Below the pieces are notes generated by a model, which saw only the letters and a program-made list of their open reading frames with translations, made no database searches and was not told where the DNA came from. DNA of 64,000 nt from Abditibacterium sp. GTDB lineage: Bacteria > Armatimonadota > Abditibacteriia > Abditibacteriales > Abditibacteriaceae. This document shows positions 50,890 to 64,000 of this stretch, piece by piece. Position 1 is the stretch's first letter, and the number at the start of each line of letters is the position of its first letter. The position numbers and the translations under genes were made by a program. The DNA is taken from positions 1,760,001 to 1,824,000 of the forward strand of contig CBDASK010000003.1 of assembly GCA_965199495.1 (NCBI GenBank), in the 5' to 3' direction.

Positions 50890-51906
50890 CTATTCTATCC
50901 TTTTGCGGCTTTCCTGCACCATCTGCGACAAAGAAGAATCACTTTCCTTTGCCGCTTGCTGCATCAGCAAACCTAAAGTTCCAATTTGCAATGGTTTTGA
51001 AGAATGTGCTTTTGCAATTTTCCCTTTCTGCGGAATTCTTTTGCCCCGCTTCTTCGGAGGCTTCTTTGAAGGGGTAGTTGGCAACTCAACTTTCACCGCC
51101 TCAGTCTTTAAAGTTTCGACCTTCAAAGCCTCTGACCTACCTTTGTGGTTCGACTTCAATTCCCGAAGCAAAGGATGAAGTGTGCTCTCTTTTAAAGTTT
51201 CACGCCATTCATCGCTCGTTTGCGCTCCTCCTAATATAAACGGAATCTGATTAGTGGCTCTGCTATCCCTACAATTGCGAGATGCTGCGAATCTCTTCCA
51301 ATCATAAATAAATTCTGACTTCAAGGAGTTGATACCTCCAAGTTTTTTAACTTTATGCAAGTTGAGCAACTCGCAACACAACACAAAAGCAAATTTCCCG
51401 TCTATGGGTTTGCGAAGCTGAAAAGCCAACTCTATCAAAAGAGGAAAGCTACTTACGCGAAATCTACCAGTGCTGTCAGGAAAATTCAAACAGGCGTAAT
51501 GACAATGGCAAAGGAACTCGAATATGAGTGCGAGATCTTCCCTACTGGCCTCTTCACTTACTGCTCTATTTTCAAGTCCTGCCAAGTGAATTAAAAGATA
51601 TTGTTCCTCAGGTAGAGGATTGAAACGATACTCCGCTCTCAACCAACAAAGATAGCAATGTCTCTGTCGTGCAGTCAAAACCTCGTAAGATTCAGGGCGT
51701 CCGCTCAATGGTTCGGAACAATCGCAGCTTTCGCGATCTAAATTTAAATAGACTACAAAGGAAGGAATAGATTCCTCGTTGCTACGACAGAAGTAAAATA
51801 ACTTCTTATCATCCCAGACTACTCGATCTGCGCCATCGCTTTTGAAATCTTTGTTCAGCAAATGATCATCGAAATTCTTCGCACCTTTGACACCGGGCCA
51901 ACTCAT
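50890..51906 (-). CDS. TerB N-terminal (TerB_N)-like domain protein
   Basis: SYEVLTARQRHCYLCWL..YLLIHLAGLENR; AT-rich. Confidence 0.6.
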   Translation of the reverse strand: MSWPGVKGAKNFDDHLLNKDFKSDGADRVVWDDKKLFYFCRSNEESIPSFVVYLNLDRESCDCSEPLSGRPESYEVLTARQRHCYLCWLRAEYRFNPLPEEQYLLIHLAGLENRAVSEEASREDLALIFEFLCHCHYACLNFPDSTGRFRVSSFPLLIELAFQLRKPIDGKFAFVLCCELLNLHKVKKLGGINSLKSEFIYDWKRFAASRNCRDSRATNQIPFILGGAQTSDEWRETLKESTLHPLLRELKSNHKGRSEALKVETLKTEAVKVELPTTPSKKPPKKRGKRIPQKGKIAKAHSSKPLQIGTLGLLMQQAAKESDSSLSQMVQESRKRIE

Positions 51907-51971
51907 GTTCTGCACCTCGTAGAAAAGATTTATCAGTAATTTTAACAGGCCGAAAATCAAACGTCAAGCAC

Positions 51972-52006
51972 AAAAAAAGCCCGTCTCTTTCGAGACGGGC
52001 TTTTTT
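51972..52006 (-). terminator. rRNA operon terminator
   Basis: aaaaaaagcccgtctc-tttc-gagacgggctttttt. Confidence 0.85.
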
Positions 52007-52014
52007 CAAAAAAT

Positions 52015-52131
52015 CGCGGCGGCGACCTACTTTCCCACAAAGACAACCTTGCAGTATCATCGGCGCTGAGGGGCTTGACTTCCGTGTTCGGAATGGGAAC
52101 GGGTATTTCCCCCTCGCCAAAACCACCGCAA
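52015..52131 (-). rRNA. rrf: 5S rRNA
   Basis: Reverse complement of cccgttcccattccgaacacggaagtcaag..gggaaagtaggtcgccgcc. Confidence 0.95.
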
Positions 52132-52227
52132 ACTGATAGAGTTGAGACTTTAAAAAAGTCTTCACCCTGAAAACTGCGTAGAGTGTGAGCCATACATCTT
52201 CGTTCGATGCGTGTTTGTATAAGGCAA

Positions 52228-55444
<3,217 letters not shown>

Positions 55445-55815
55445 GCAAAACCGGTATCGCTACCGGCTTCCGCATCTTTAGTTCTTGGTTCTAGTTCAAT
55501 ACTATCATCCAGATTCTATCAACGCAAAATGTTGTTTCTTTACCTTATTTATTCACACGAGTTATCCATCTCAACCTAATGAAAGATTAAGTGGGAACAA
55601 TCTCGAACGAAAATGTATTTCTCACACTCTATGCAGTTTTCAAGGTGCCCAGCATCGAAATTCATCCAAGCCCAAACAGGCTTTTCATAAACTCCGGCTG
55701 ATGAGAACGAGTCGCTCGGACTCGCTCTAATCAACCGTTTCTCTCGCTGTATTTCGTTTCACTTCAAGGTTCGCGCCTCTGCTTTCGGAAAGCTCTTCGT
55801 CAGGGGCAAGAAGAA

Positions 55816-55844
55816 ATTATACGCTAACTCGCTCGGCTTGTCAA
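55816..55844 (-). promoter_or_regulatory. rRNA promoter P2
   Basis: TTGACA-17 nt-TATAAT. Confidence 0.85.
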
Positions 55845-56087
55845 GGGGCTGGTTCAAACTTTTTTCGCAGTTCCTACTGCGTGGTTGTTGAGCCTCTCTG
55901 CCAGAGCGGGTTATCTAAACGTAAGGCGAAAAACCGGGTTCCAAGATTTTTAAAAATCTTTTTTGGAAAGTTTTTCGACTGACTTATCTTCTTGCTCGCT
56001 GATTCAAAGCTGATGGCTCCAGTTCAGGTCGCAACTCGCTATTCGTTTTCTCTCAAGGAACAAGGCCGCTCGAAGCGGCGAAGAGAA

Positions 56088-56116
56088 ATTCTACGGAAGT
56101 TTGGGCAGGGCGTCAA
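56088..56116 (-). promoter_or_regulatory. rRNA promoter P1
   Basis: TTGACG-17 nt-TAGAAT with AT-rich UP-like tract upstream. Confidence 0.75.
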
Positions 56117-56339
56117 GGGTTTCTCGGAAAAATTTTAAATTTAATTTTTTCATCCGAGAATTTGCAGAGTAAAGCCAAATTTTGCGCTTGCATTGACACT
56201 TTCTCTAAGATAAGTTTTGATACAGCAATTTTTCCCTTGTGTGCATTCGAGGCAACAAAGTGGAAAAATTCATTATTTGGAATGACGCTTAGCCAGAATG
56301 TATCGGCGACGCAAATTCCCCAAAATTACGGAGATTCTC

Positions 56340-57095
56340 ATGATCAAAACTCTCCCTCTGTTGGCGCTCACTCTATTTGCATCAACTCCCCTACTGGCGC
56401 AAACCGTCGAGACACCCGCAGAAAAACCCGCGAAAAAGCCCGCCGCTAAGAAAACTGCCGCCGCGAAAAAGACGACGACCGTCGCCGGTATCGCCCACGT
56501 CCGCTTTTTGCACGCTGCGCCCGGTGCTGGAGCTGTTGACATTTATGCGCGCGGCGACGAAAAAATCAAAACCGGCATGACTTACAAGGAACTGACGAAT
56601 TATACAGAAGTCAAATCCGGCAAGATGCCGCTCAAAATTACAGCCACCGGCAAAACCGACGCGCTGATTAGCGGCGCCGTGACTTTAACCAAAGACAAAT
56701 GGTATACGGTCGCGGCTTATATGGACGGCGCGACGCCCGCCGTTATCGGCATCAACGAATCGAGCGGCGTCGAAATGCCCGACAAAGCGCGCGTTCGCGT
56801 AGTGAATTTGGTGTCCGGCTCCGACGGCGTGGCTGTGACCAAGCCCTCGAAACGTGCCGCCGATGGCAGCGCCAATTTCATTGCTAAACCGGTGTTATTT
56901 GGCAAATCGTCGTCGAAGACGCTCAAACCCGCGACCGAGACGATTCAATTCCGCGATTCGGCGGGCAAAATGCTGAAGGAAATGCCCGATATGAAGCTCG
57001 ATGCAAATATGCGTTACACGGTGTTCATCATCGGCAAAGCCGGAGGAACCGGCGGCGATGCGGTTGATGTAATCGTCAAAGACGCCGCGAAGTAA
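56340..57095 (+). CDS. DUF4397 domain secreted protein
   Basis: Signal peptide; AHVRFLHAAPGAGAVDIY and ARVRVVNL repeats. Confidence 0.85.
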   Translation: MIKTLPLLALTLFASTPLLAQTVETPAEKPAKKPAAKKTAAAKKTTTVAGIAHVRFLHAAPGAGAVDIYARGDEKIKTGMTYKELTNYTEVKSGKMPLKITATGKTDALISGAVTLTKDKWYTVAAYMDGATPAVIGINESSGVEMPDKARVRVVNLVSGSDGVAVTKPSKRAADGSANFIAKPVLFGKSSSKTLKPATETIQFRDSAGKMLKEMPDMKLDANMRYTVFIIGKAGGTGGDAVDVIVKDAAK

Positions 57096-57109
57096 TGCGA
57101 TTGCTTCCC

Positions 57110-57203
57110 GTAGAGACACCGACTTGTCGTGTCTAAAACGTAAATAAACCACGATGTTTGTGGGCGCCATCACGTTTTAGACACGATAAATCGTTGTCTC
57201 CAC
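57110..57203. repeat. GTAG-type REP-like inverted repeat (degenerate)
   Basis: gtagagacaccgacttgtcgtgtctaaaacgt ... acgttttagacacgataaatcgttgtctccac. Confidence 0.8.
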
Positions 57204-57228
57204 AAACGGCGCTAAACTTTGCGCTCTT

Positions 57229-58509
57229 ATGCAAAGAGTCGAAGGCACATCAGCCACGCGCGCGGCCATCCAAACCGCCAACGCCGCGCGCGCGTTCACG
57301 GCGTCGCCGCAAATCGAAGCCGCCGTGCGCCAAATTTGCGACGACGTTCGCGCACGCGGCGACGACGCCGTCATCGAAAACTGCCGTCAATTCGATTGCC
57401 CCGATTTACAAATCGAAAATTTGCGCGTCACCGAAGCCGAAATCGAAGCCGCTTGGAACGCGCTGCCCAACAACGCACAAAACGCTTTACAGCGCGCGGC
57501 CAAAAATCTCGAAGCGTTTCACCGCGCGCAAAAGCCGCAGGATTTCACTTTCGATTCACCCGATGGCGCGCGTTTGGGCAATCGTTGGACGCCGATTGTG
57601 CGCGCCGGAATTTACGCGCCCAACGGTCGCGCGGCTTATCCATCAACCGTTTTAATGTTAGCGATACCAGCGCGCGTGGCTGGTGTGAAGGACCTTGTTC
57701 TCGCTACGCCCGCCGGAAAAGATGGCAACGCGCACCCCGTAATATTAGCCGCCGCTTATGTCGCCGGAATTTCGGAAATCTACAAAGTTGGCGCCGCCGC
57801 CGCGATGGCGGCTTTGGCCTACGGCACCGACATAATCCCGCGCGTGGACAAACTCGTCGGCCCCGGCTCGATTTGGATGACGCTGGCGAAAAAACACCTG
57901 TTTGGCGTCGTCGGCATTGACGGTTTATACGGCCCCTCCGAAGTCGCCATTGTCGCCAACAAAGGCGCCGATGCCGCGCAAATTGCCGCCGATTTGCTGG
58001 CGCAGGCCGAACATGGCGCCGATAGTTTCGTGGCGTTTCTGACGCCTTCTCACGATTTAATTAACCAAGTCGAAAGCGAAATAGAAGCGCAATCACAAAG
58101 TTCGCCGCGCGCGAAATTGGCGCGCGCGGCGCTGGAAAACTCGCTTCTGTGCCGCGTCGAAAGCATGGAAGCGGCGTGCGAGTTGTGCGATTTAATCGCC
58201 GCCGAACACGTCGAAATTTGGAGCGACGACGCGCCCAAATGGGCCGCTCAAATTCCCAACGCGGGCGCGATTTTCCTCAATTGTCCGGTTCCCTTGGGCG
58301 ACTATATCATCGGTCCGTCGCACACGTTGCCAACGGGAGCCACGGCGCGCTTCGCGTCGGGCGTGGGCGTTGATACGTTTCTCAAGCGCACTTCGATAAT
58401 TGAAGCGCCCAAAGCGAGCATCGCGCAGTTGGCCGACGATTTGGAAACGATTGCGTTATTGGAAGAGTTGCCGGGACACGCGGCGGCGGTGAAGCGCGCG
58501 GCGAATTAG
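57229..58509 (+). CDS. hisD: Histidinol dehydrogenase
   Basis: AAYPSTVLM, DKLVGPG, GPSEV, DLLAQAEH, AAEH, GDY..GPSHTLPT. Confidence 0.95.
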   Translation: MQRVEGTSATRAAIQTANAARAFTASPQIEAAVRQICDDVRARGDDAVIENCRQFDCPDLQIENLRVTEAEIEAAWNALPNNAQNALQRAAKNLEAFHRAQKPQDFTFDSPDGARLGNRWTPIVRAGIYAPNGRAAYPSTVLMLAIPARVAGVKDLVLATPAGKDGNAHPVILAAAYVAGISEIYKVGAAAAMAALAYGTDIIPRVDKLVGPGSIWMTLAKKHLFGVVGIDGLYGPSEVAIVANKGADAAQIAADLLAQAEHGADSFVAFLTPSHDLINQVESEIEAQSQSSPRAKLARAALENSLLCRVESMEAACELCDLIAAEHVEIWSDDAPKWAAQIPNAGAIFLNCPVPLGDYIIGPSHTLPTGATARFASGVGVDTFLKRTSIIEAPKASIAQLADDLETIALLEELPGHAAAVKRAAN

Positions 58510-58961
58510 CGCACCGTCGGATGAAGTTCGGCCTGTTTCTGTTGCCAATCTTGCGCGTGCCATACGATGAGTTCGTCTTTGTCCATTTTGCCGGCGATAT
58601 CCGAACTTTTCAACTCCAGCATAAATGATTTATTACCAACCGAAAAATCGGTCGGATCGAGCAATCCTGTTCCCATTGTCCAGATAATTTTCTGCGTTAC
58701 GCCATTCGCGGTTACGACGAAATTTTCGTAAACGAAACCGTTGGGATAATTTTTGACTTTAACGTGCGTTTGCCCCCCGAATTTCAAACTAAAATCAGCG
58801 AACTGAAGCGCCTGACCTTTGGCAAAGCGCACTTTTTGCCCGTAAGGTTGAACCGCATTTTTGGAGCTTGGATTTGAAGAAGGCATAACCGTTTTTGATT
58901 GCGAACACGAGACACCCCAAATCGGCGCGCTGACAAACAGCAGCCACGTCGCGCGTTTCAA
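58506..58961 (-). CDS. Hypothetical lipoprotein
   Basis: GVSC lipobox-like; overlaps the stop of the upstream gene. Confidence 0.65.
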   Translation of the reverse strand: MKRATWLLFVSAPIWGVSCSQSKTVMPSSNPSSKNAVQPYGQKVRFAKGQALQFADFSLKFGGQTHVKVKNYPNGFVYENFVVTANGVTQKIIWTMGTGLLDPTDFSVGNKSFMLELKSSDIAGKMDKDELIVWHAQDWQQKQAELHPTVR

Positions 58962-59953
58962 TCCTCGCCGCCCATGAGTTTCTCAAATTTGCGGCGATCC
59001 TGACGGCGTTTCCACACGCGAAGCGGATTTAAATTGCTCAGGGTAAATTTGTCGTCAAGCGGTTTGTTTTTGGCGCCGCCATTTATCAGGCGCAAGCGCG
59101 GCAATCTCACTCCCGCACGCGCGGGCGCGGCGCCCCAACTTCCCGCGCCTGTGGCTCGCTCTTCTTCCCAAACTTCGTCGGCCATTTGGCGCAGGTTCAT
59201 GCGCGTTTGGTAACAGTAGAAAAACAGCGATCCCATCAAAAACATCATGAAAAGGTTGCCCAACGAAATCAGGAAAATTCCGCCCGCCGTTATCATGCCC
59301 ACGATGCAAGCGACGTTAGTCGCCTGATAAAATCCCAGTTTCGGCCACAAAGCGCACTGCAAAATGCGCCCGAAATCGAGCGGAAAAATCGGCAGCAAGT
59401 TAAATAGGAAAAGTCCCATGCTGGTCGAATAAATCCACCATAAATAGTAAGCGGCGGTTGACGACATTTCCATCCAACCGCCGGTCGCACTGCCGAGATA
59501 AGGCGCGAGAGGGTTGCCCAAAACCCAAGTGCCCTGAATGACACGCAACAACACGGCGCAAATCAGACAAATTATCACGTTGGTGAGCGGCCCGCCCGCC
59601 GTGCCGACAAACGAAGGCCACGGACGGCGCGGCGTCTGAATGAAGGCCAATCCGCCCAAGGGCCACAGCAAAACGTCGTCGCCGCGCCCGCCGACGGCGC
59701 GCGCGGCAAAACAATGCCCGAACTCGTGTAGCAGAATGACCCCAAACAAAATCACGCTCGAAGTTAAGGCGTTGCGCCAGCCGGTCACGCCCGCCGACAG
59801 CAAGTTGAAGGCGAGCAGAATCACCAGCGAAACGTGAATCCGAATTTTGATTCCAAACAGATGGCCGATAGTGAAATCGCCCATAAACAACTGCAACAAT
59901 GGATTGCCGCCGCCTCTGCCCGAACGATTGTAGTCCCGATCTTGAATTCCCAT
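58958..59953 (-). CDS. Site-2 protease (M50 family)
   Basis: LLHEFGH, AGGPLTN, FNLLPIFPLDFGRI. Confidence 0.9.
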   Translation of the reverse strand: MGIQDRDYNRSGRGGGNPLLQLFMGDFTIGHLFGIKIRIHVSLVILLAFNLLSAGVTGWRNALTSSVILFGVILLHEFGHCFAARAVGGRGDDVLLWPLGGLAFIQTPRRPWPSFVGTAGGPLTNVIICLICAVLLRVIQGTWVLGNPLAPYLGSATGGWMEMSSTAAYYLWWIYSTSMGLFLFNLLPIFPLDFGRILQCALWPKLGFYQATNVACIVGMITAGGIFLISLGNLFMMFLMGSLFFYCYQTRMNLRQMADEVWEEERATGAGSWGAAPARAGVRLPRLRLINGGAKNKPLDDKFTLSNLNPLRVWKRRQDRRKFEKLMGGED

Positions 59954-60088
59954 AAGATAAAAGCACCCGAAAAAGCCGCAGAATTAGACGCCAAACGCCC
60001 GCGCGCGTGCCGCGTCAAACCGATTCCATGTAACCCCCGCGCGCCTTTGGCGTCAGTTGAAAGTTCGATTTTACCGGAACAAAACGTC

Positions 60089-61525
60089 ATGCCCGCTTCA
60101 CCCCTCGTTTCGCCGCCCGCCCGCAAATACAAAAATCAAGTCGAAGAACAAGAACTCGTGCGCATCGAACGCGACAACAAACGCCGCGCCGCCGGATTGG
60201 GCGACATTATGCGTCAAGGCGTCGAAATTAGCGAAATCGAACCCGATTCCATCGCCGAAGAGTTGGGATTGCAACCCGGCGACCGACTTCTGGAAATTGA
60301 CGGCGAACGCGCGCGCGATATTATTCAACTCAAGAAAGCCGATCTGGGCGAAATTATCAATTTGACGGTTTTAACCGGCGACGAAATTGCGCAGTTCGAC
60401 ATCGAAAAAGATGTGATCGAAAGCATCGGAATCGGCGTGGACAGCGAATTATTCGACGGCGTGACGCGTTGCCAGAACAAATGTCCGTTTTGCTTTGTGG
60501 ATCAATTGCCGCCGCGCGTCAAAGGCGGCGACAATTTGCGCCGCACGCTTTATGTGCGCGACGACGATTATCGTTTGTCGTTTCTGCACGGCCATTACAT
60601 TACGCTGACGAACCTCAAGGCGCACGATTACGAGCGCATTATCGAAGAGAAATTGACGCCGCTTTGTGTTTCGGTTCATGCGACCGACCCAGCCACGCGC
60701 ATCAAGATGGTCGGCAACAAAAGCGGCGGCGATATTTTAGAGAAGCTGAAATATCTCAACGACAACGGCATTCGCGTCAACGCGCAAATCGTGCTGTGTC
60801 CCGGCTGGAACGACGGCGAAATTCTGCGCCAATCGGTCGAAGATTTAATGGCGCTTTATCCCAATGTCGAATCAATGGCGGTCGTGCCCGCCGGTTTGAC
60901 CAAATTTATGCCGACCGACCGAGGCATGAATTTGGTCAAACCCGAAGAAGCGCAGCAATGCTTGGAACAGCTCGAACCGTTTCAGAAAATGGCGCGCAAA
61001 AAGTGGGGCGTTCGTTTTGTTTACGCCTCGGACGAAATGTATTTGCTGGCCGGGCAGGAAGTTCCCCATGCCGCTTTTTACGACGGTTTTCCGCAATACG
61101 CCAATGGCGTTGGCATGATTCGTTCGTTTTTGGACGACGTGAAAAAAGTGAAACGCCGCAAAAATAAAGTCGGGCGCGCGCCCAAAATCACGATGGCGAC
61201 GGGAAGTTTGGCGGCTCCGGCGTTGCGCGAACTCGCTCAGGTTTTGCGCGAGAAAAATTTGGCCGACGCGCACGTTTTGGAAATCCATAATACCTACTGG
61301 GGCGGCAACGTGGCCTGCGCCGGTCTGATTATGGGACAGGAATTGGTCGCGCAAAGCAAAGGTTTGAATTTGGGCGAGATGTTGTTTTTGCCGCCCGACG
61401 CCGTTGACGGCAAACGCCGAATGTTGGACGATATTACGCTCGATACGTTGAGCGGGCGTTTGAATACGATGGTGCGCTCAGATGCCAATGGGCCGTTGGA
61501 TTTGGCGGATATTTTGAGCGTTTAA
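60089..61525 (+). CDS. DUF512 PDZ/radical-SAM-like protein
   Basis: SIAEELGLQPGD, CQNKCPFCFVDQLP, DDDYRLSFL, QYANGVG. Confidence 0.9.
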   Translation: MPASPLVSPPARKYKNQVEEQELVRIERDNKRRAAGLGDIMRQGVEISEIEPDSIAEELGLQPGDRLLEIDGERARDIIQLKKADLGEIINLTVLTGDEIAQFDIEKDVIESIGIGVDSELFDGVTRCQNKCPFCFVDQLPPRVKGGDNLRRTLYVRDDDYRLSFLHGHYITLTNLKAHDYERIIEEKLTPLCVSVHATDPATRIKMVGNKSGGDILEKLKYLNDNGIRVNAQIVLCPGWNDGEILRQSVEDLMALYPNVESMAVVPAGLTKFMPTDRGMNLVKPEEAQQCLEQLEPFQKMARKKWGVRFVYASDEMYLLAGQEVPHAAFYDGFPQYANGVGMIRSFLDDVKKVKRRKNKVGRAPKITMATGSLAAPALRELAQVLREKNLADAHVLEIHNTYWGGNVACAGLIMGQELVAQSKGLNLGEMLFLPPDAVDGKRRMLDDITLDTLSGRLNTMVRSDANGPLDLADILSV

Positions 61526-61657
61526 TTTCACACAAAGAACACGAAGATCACACAAAGGGCACAAAGAGAATTAAATTCAACTTTTCTATTTTACAAATCA
61601 GTTGCTTTATTTTCTTTGTGTTCCCTTGTGCGATTTTTGTGTTCTTTGTGTGAAATT
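61524..61657. repeat. Long inverted repeat with internal CACAAAG units between convergent genes
   Basis: aatttcacacaaagaacacgaagatcacacaaagggcacaaaga ... tctttgtgttcccttgtgcgatttttgtgttctttgtgtgaaatt. Confidence 0.8.
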
Positions 61658-62922
61658 TATTTCCTTACCAGCCGCGCCATATAAAACCCGTCAAAACCGG
61701 TTTGCGCCGCCGAAATCACGCGTTCCTTGCGCAAGTTCCATTCGGGAAATTCGCCAACAAACCACGCGATTTGTTCTTGATTCTCGCTCGGCAAAATCGA
61801 ACACGTCGCATAAATAATTTCGCCGTCGGGCGCGACTAAATCGCGATAACTCGTCAAAATTTCGCGTTGCGTGGCGCGCAATCGCTCCAACCAATCGGGC
61901 GATAATCGCCATTTCAAATCGGGTTGACGACGCAAAGTTCCCGTTCCCGAACACGGCATATCGAGAACTAAAAGGTCGGCCCAACCGCGCAATTGTTGCA
62001 AAGATTTCTCGTTCGCCAGCGCAACTTGCACCTTCGCTCCGGCGCGCGCCGCGCGGCGTGACAATTCGTCCAGCTTCGATGCAGCCACGTCGAGCGCGCG
62101 CAGTTCGCCTTCGTTGTTCATTTGCGCCGCCAGATGTAACGTTTTTCCGCCCGCTCCGGCGCACGCGTCCAAAACTTTCAGGCCCGACGTGGCTGCTGCG
62201 AACGGCGCGACCATTTGCGACGCGGCATCTTGAATCTCGAATAATCCCGCTTTGTAGAGTTCAGTTCGCGTCACGGCTTTGCGCTCGACCAATTGCAACG
62301 CGTCGGGCAAATATGGGCGGACGGGGCTGGCGCCCTCTTCCAATCGGGATTCCGCCTCCGCACCAAGATTGGAAGCGGGCGCAAGCCCCGCTCCTCTATC
62401 TTCAACTAAAACAGTCTCGAAGCCCAATTCGTTTAACTGCGCGCGCAATTCGTCGCGCGCAATTTTTAGCGTGTTGGCGCGCAAAACAACGGGCGCCGTC
62501 TGATTTAACGCCGCGACTTCGGCGCCCCAACGTTCGCCTAATTCGCGCGCGCCCAATTCATCGAGCCAATCGGGAATGGATTGCGCAATCGCTCGTTCGA
62601 TTTCGGGAATTTGCAAACGCGTGCGCATCCACGCGGCGTTGGTATTTTTAAATTCGTCCCAAGCGGGCAATTCTTGATTTGTGCGCGCCAATTGCGCGGA
62701 TAACAGCGCCCAATTATTTTCGTCTTGCGCGGCGAATTCGAGCAAGCGGCGCCAACGCACAATTTCATAAACCGTTTCGGCGACAAACGAACGGTCGCGT
62801 TTGCCCCACTTTGGGTGCGCCTCGAACGATGCAGCCACGGCGCGCTCGGCGACGGCGTTGTTGTCGAAAATTTCGGATAATGTGGCGACGATGGCTTCGG
62901 CCAAATTGCGATGCAGTTTCAC
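61657..62922 (-). CDS. RsmB/NOP family RNA m5C methyltransferase
   Basis: EIQDAASQ, DACAGAGGKT, DMPCSGTG, YATCSI, DGFYMA. Confidence 0.93.
   Translation of the reverse strand: MKLHRNLAEAIVATLSEIFDNNAVAERAVAASFEAHPKWGKRDRSFVAETVYEIVRWRRLLEFAAQDENNWALLSAQLARTNQELPAWDEFKNTNAAWMRTRLQIPEIERAIAQSIPDWLDELGARELGERWGAEVAALNQTAPVVLRANTLKIARDELRAQLNELGFETVLVEDRGAGLAPASNLGAEAESRLEEGASPVRPYLPDALQLVERKAVTRTELYKAGLFEIQDAASQMVAPFAAATSGLKVLDACAGAGGKTLHLAAQMNNEGELRALDVAASKLDELSRRAARAGAKVQVALANEKSLQQLRGWADLLVLDMPCSGTGTLRRQPDLKWRLSPDWLERLRATQREILTSYRDLVAPDGEIIYATCSILPSENQEQIAWFVGEFPEWNLRKERVISAAQTGFDGFYMARLVRK
62312..62400. repeat. REP-like palindrome inside the RsmB-like CDS
   Basis: cggggctggcgccctcttccaatc ... 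gattggaagcgggcgcaagccccg; encodes DRGAGLAPASNLGAEAESRLEEGASPVRPY. Confidence 0.8.
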
Positions 62923-62952
62923 GAGGGACAGTGTGACGGATTAGACGAGCAT

Positions 62953-63660
62953 TTATTTTTCTGTTAGCACCGACGTATGCCTGTAAGCCCAATCGCCGAT
63001 GCGCTCTATACGTTCACCGGGCAATCGCGTGGGATATTTCCGATCAGAAAAATAATCTAACGATTCGTAGCTCAAAGCAAATCCTGTTCGCACGCGCAAA
63101 GTGTAAAATTGCAGTGCGCCATCGCCCCAATCGGCGCGCGAATAGCGAAAATCGGGATACGAGACCATGCCCGTTTGCGGCACGCGCGCGATGTAGTTTG
63201 GCACCAATGCTTGCAAACTTTCGGGCGCGTGACCTTTATCGGTTTTGTAACTTTCGATAGCAGCAATTAAAGGTTTGGCGTGCGCCACTGCCGCTTCCAA
63301 TCCAGCACGGCGTGTGGGCCAACAGGAAGGCAAATAAGAGAGCATATAGAATAGGGGCGACACGACAATTATGCAAAACAAAACGGCAAGGTAAAATTTG
63401 AGCGGTGGCAATCGGCGATTCTGAAACGCCTCAATCGCGCTCGCCACAGCGACGCAAAATGCACAAAAAGTTAGCAAAGTCCCCAGCAAAAACTGCATAA
63501 CCGACGCATGAGGATCAAACAATATCGCCCAAATTGGCGCGACATCGTGCGTTGAAATCGCGTAACCAACGATAACATTAAGCTGACTCAAATAAAGCGC
63601 CAACGCAATGCAAAGCGTGCCCAAAATAAACGGTTTTGCGCGGCGCCAAAATGTTTTCAT
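62953..63660 (-). CDS. Hypothetical membrane protein with pseudopilin-like C-terminal part
   Basis: Three TM segments, then LIAAIESYKTDKGHAPESLQALVPNYI. Confidence 0.65.
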   Translation of the reverse strand: MKTFWRRAKPFILGTLCIALALYLSQLNVIVGYAISTHDVAPIWAILFDPHASVMQFLLGTLLTFCAFCVAVASAIEAFQNRRLPPLKFYLAVLFCIIVVSPLFYMLSYLPSCWPTRRAGLEAAVAHAKPLIAAIESYKTDKGHAPESLQALVPNYIARVPQTGMVSYPDFRYSRADWGDGALQFYTLRVRTGFALSYESLDYFSDRKYPTRLPGERIERIGDWAYRHTSVLTEK

Positions 63661-63740
63661 CTCTTCTAATTTGACATTTGTGCGGAGCAAACTCAAGCAC
63701 TTGAGTGTCGCGATTCCAACAACTGAGTTAAGCTCTGATT

Positions 63741-64000
63741 ATGAAACGCGGTTTTACTCTGCTCGAAGTTCTGGTCGTGCTTTTTGTCGTCTGCATTTTG
63801 GCGGCGTTCTTGTTTCCAGTCGGCAGCAGGTCGCGTGAAAGTGCGCGGCGCATTTCGTGTCAGTCGAACTTAAAGCAAATCGGATTGGGCTTCCTACAAT
63901 ACGAGCGCGATTACGACGAAAAACATCCGCTCGCCTACGCCGACGATGATGCTTCGGGCACTTACGACGCCAGTCTTGATCGCGGTTGGATGCAGATCGT
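63741..64000 (+). CDS. DUF1559 prepilin-type N-terminal cleavage/methylation protein (partial)
   Basis: MKRGFTLLEVLVV..ILAAFLFP..RESARRISCQSNLKQIGLG..QY..DYDE. Confidence 0.9.
   Translation, partial: MKRGFTLLEVLVVLFVVCILAAFLFPVGSRSRESARRISCQSNLKQIGLGFLQYERDYDEKHPLAYADDDASGTYDASLDRGWMQI

Overview
A GC-rich bacterial chromosome segment. A DUF1559 prepilin-like gene, Flp pilins and many secreted glycosidases suggest an Armatimonadota/Abditibacteriota-like lineage (inference only). Core genes include nth, icd, rimO, rdgB, aceE, aqpZ, terC, fusA, hisD and an RsmB-like gene. These are interspersed with transporters, CAZymes, several intact or decayed toxin-antitoxin modules, a nuclease-NACHT (STAND) defence-like gene and a 23S-5S rRNA unit with no linked 16S. 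Main observations: (1) the 9-mer GCAGCCACG occurs at least 27 times on both strands and in several reading frames, like a DNA uptake sequence; (2) a 299-nt ORF-less group I intron at 23S position U2500; (3) a family of GTAG-type palindromes, one inserted in frame in the RsmB-like gene; (4) a CrtB-CrtI fusion ORF; (5) an unannotated 47-aa membrane peptide behind a perfect sigma70 promoter and structured leader; (6) Flp pilins next to a DUF2723 glycosyltransferase. All calls come from reading motifs by eye. No searches were run.
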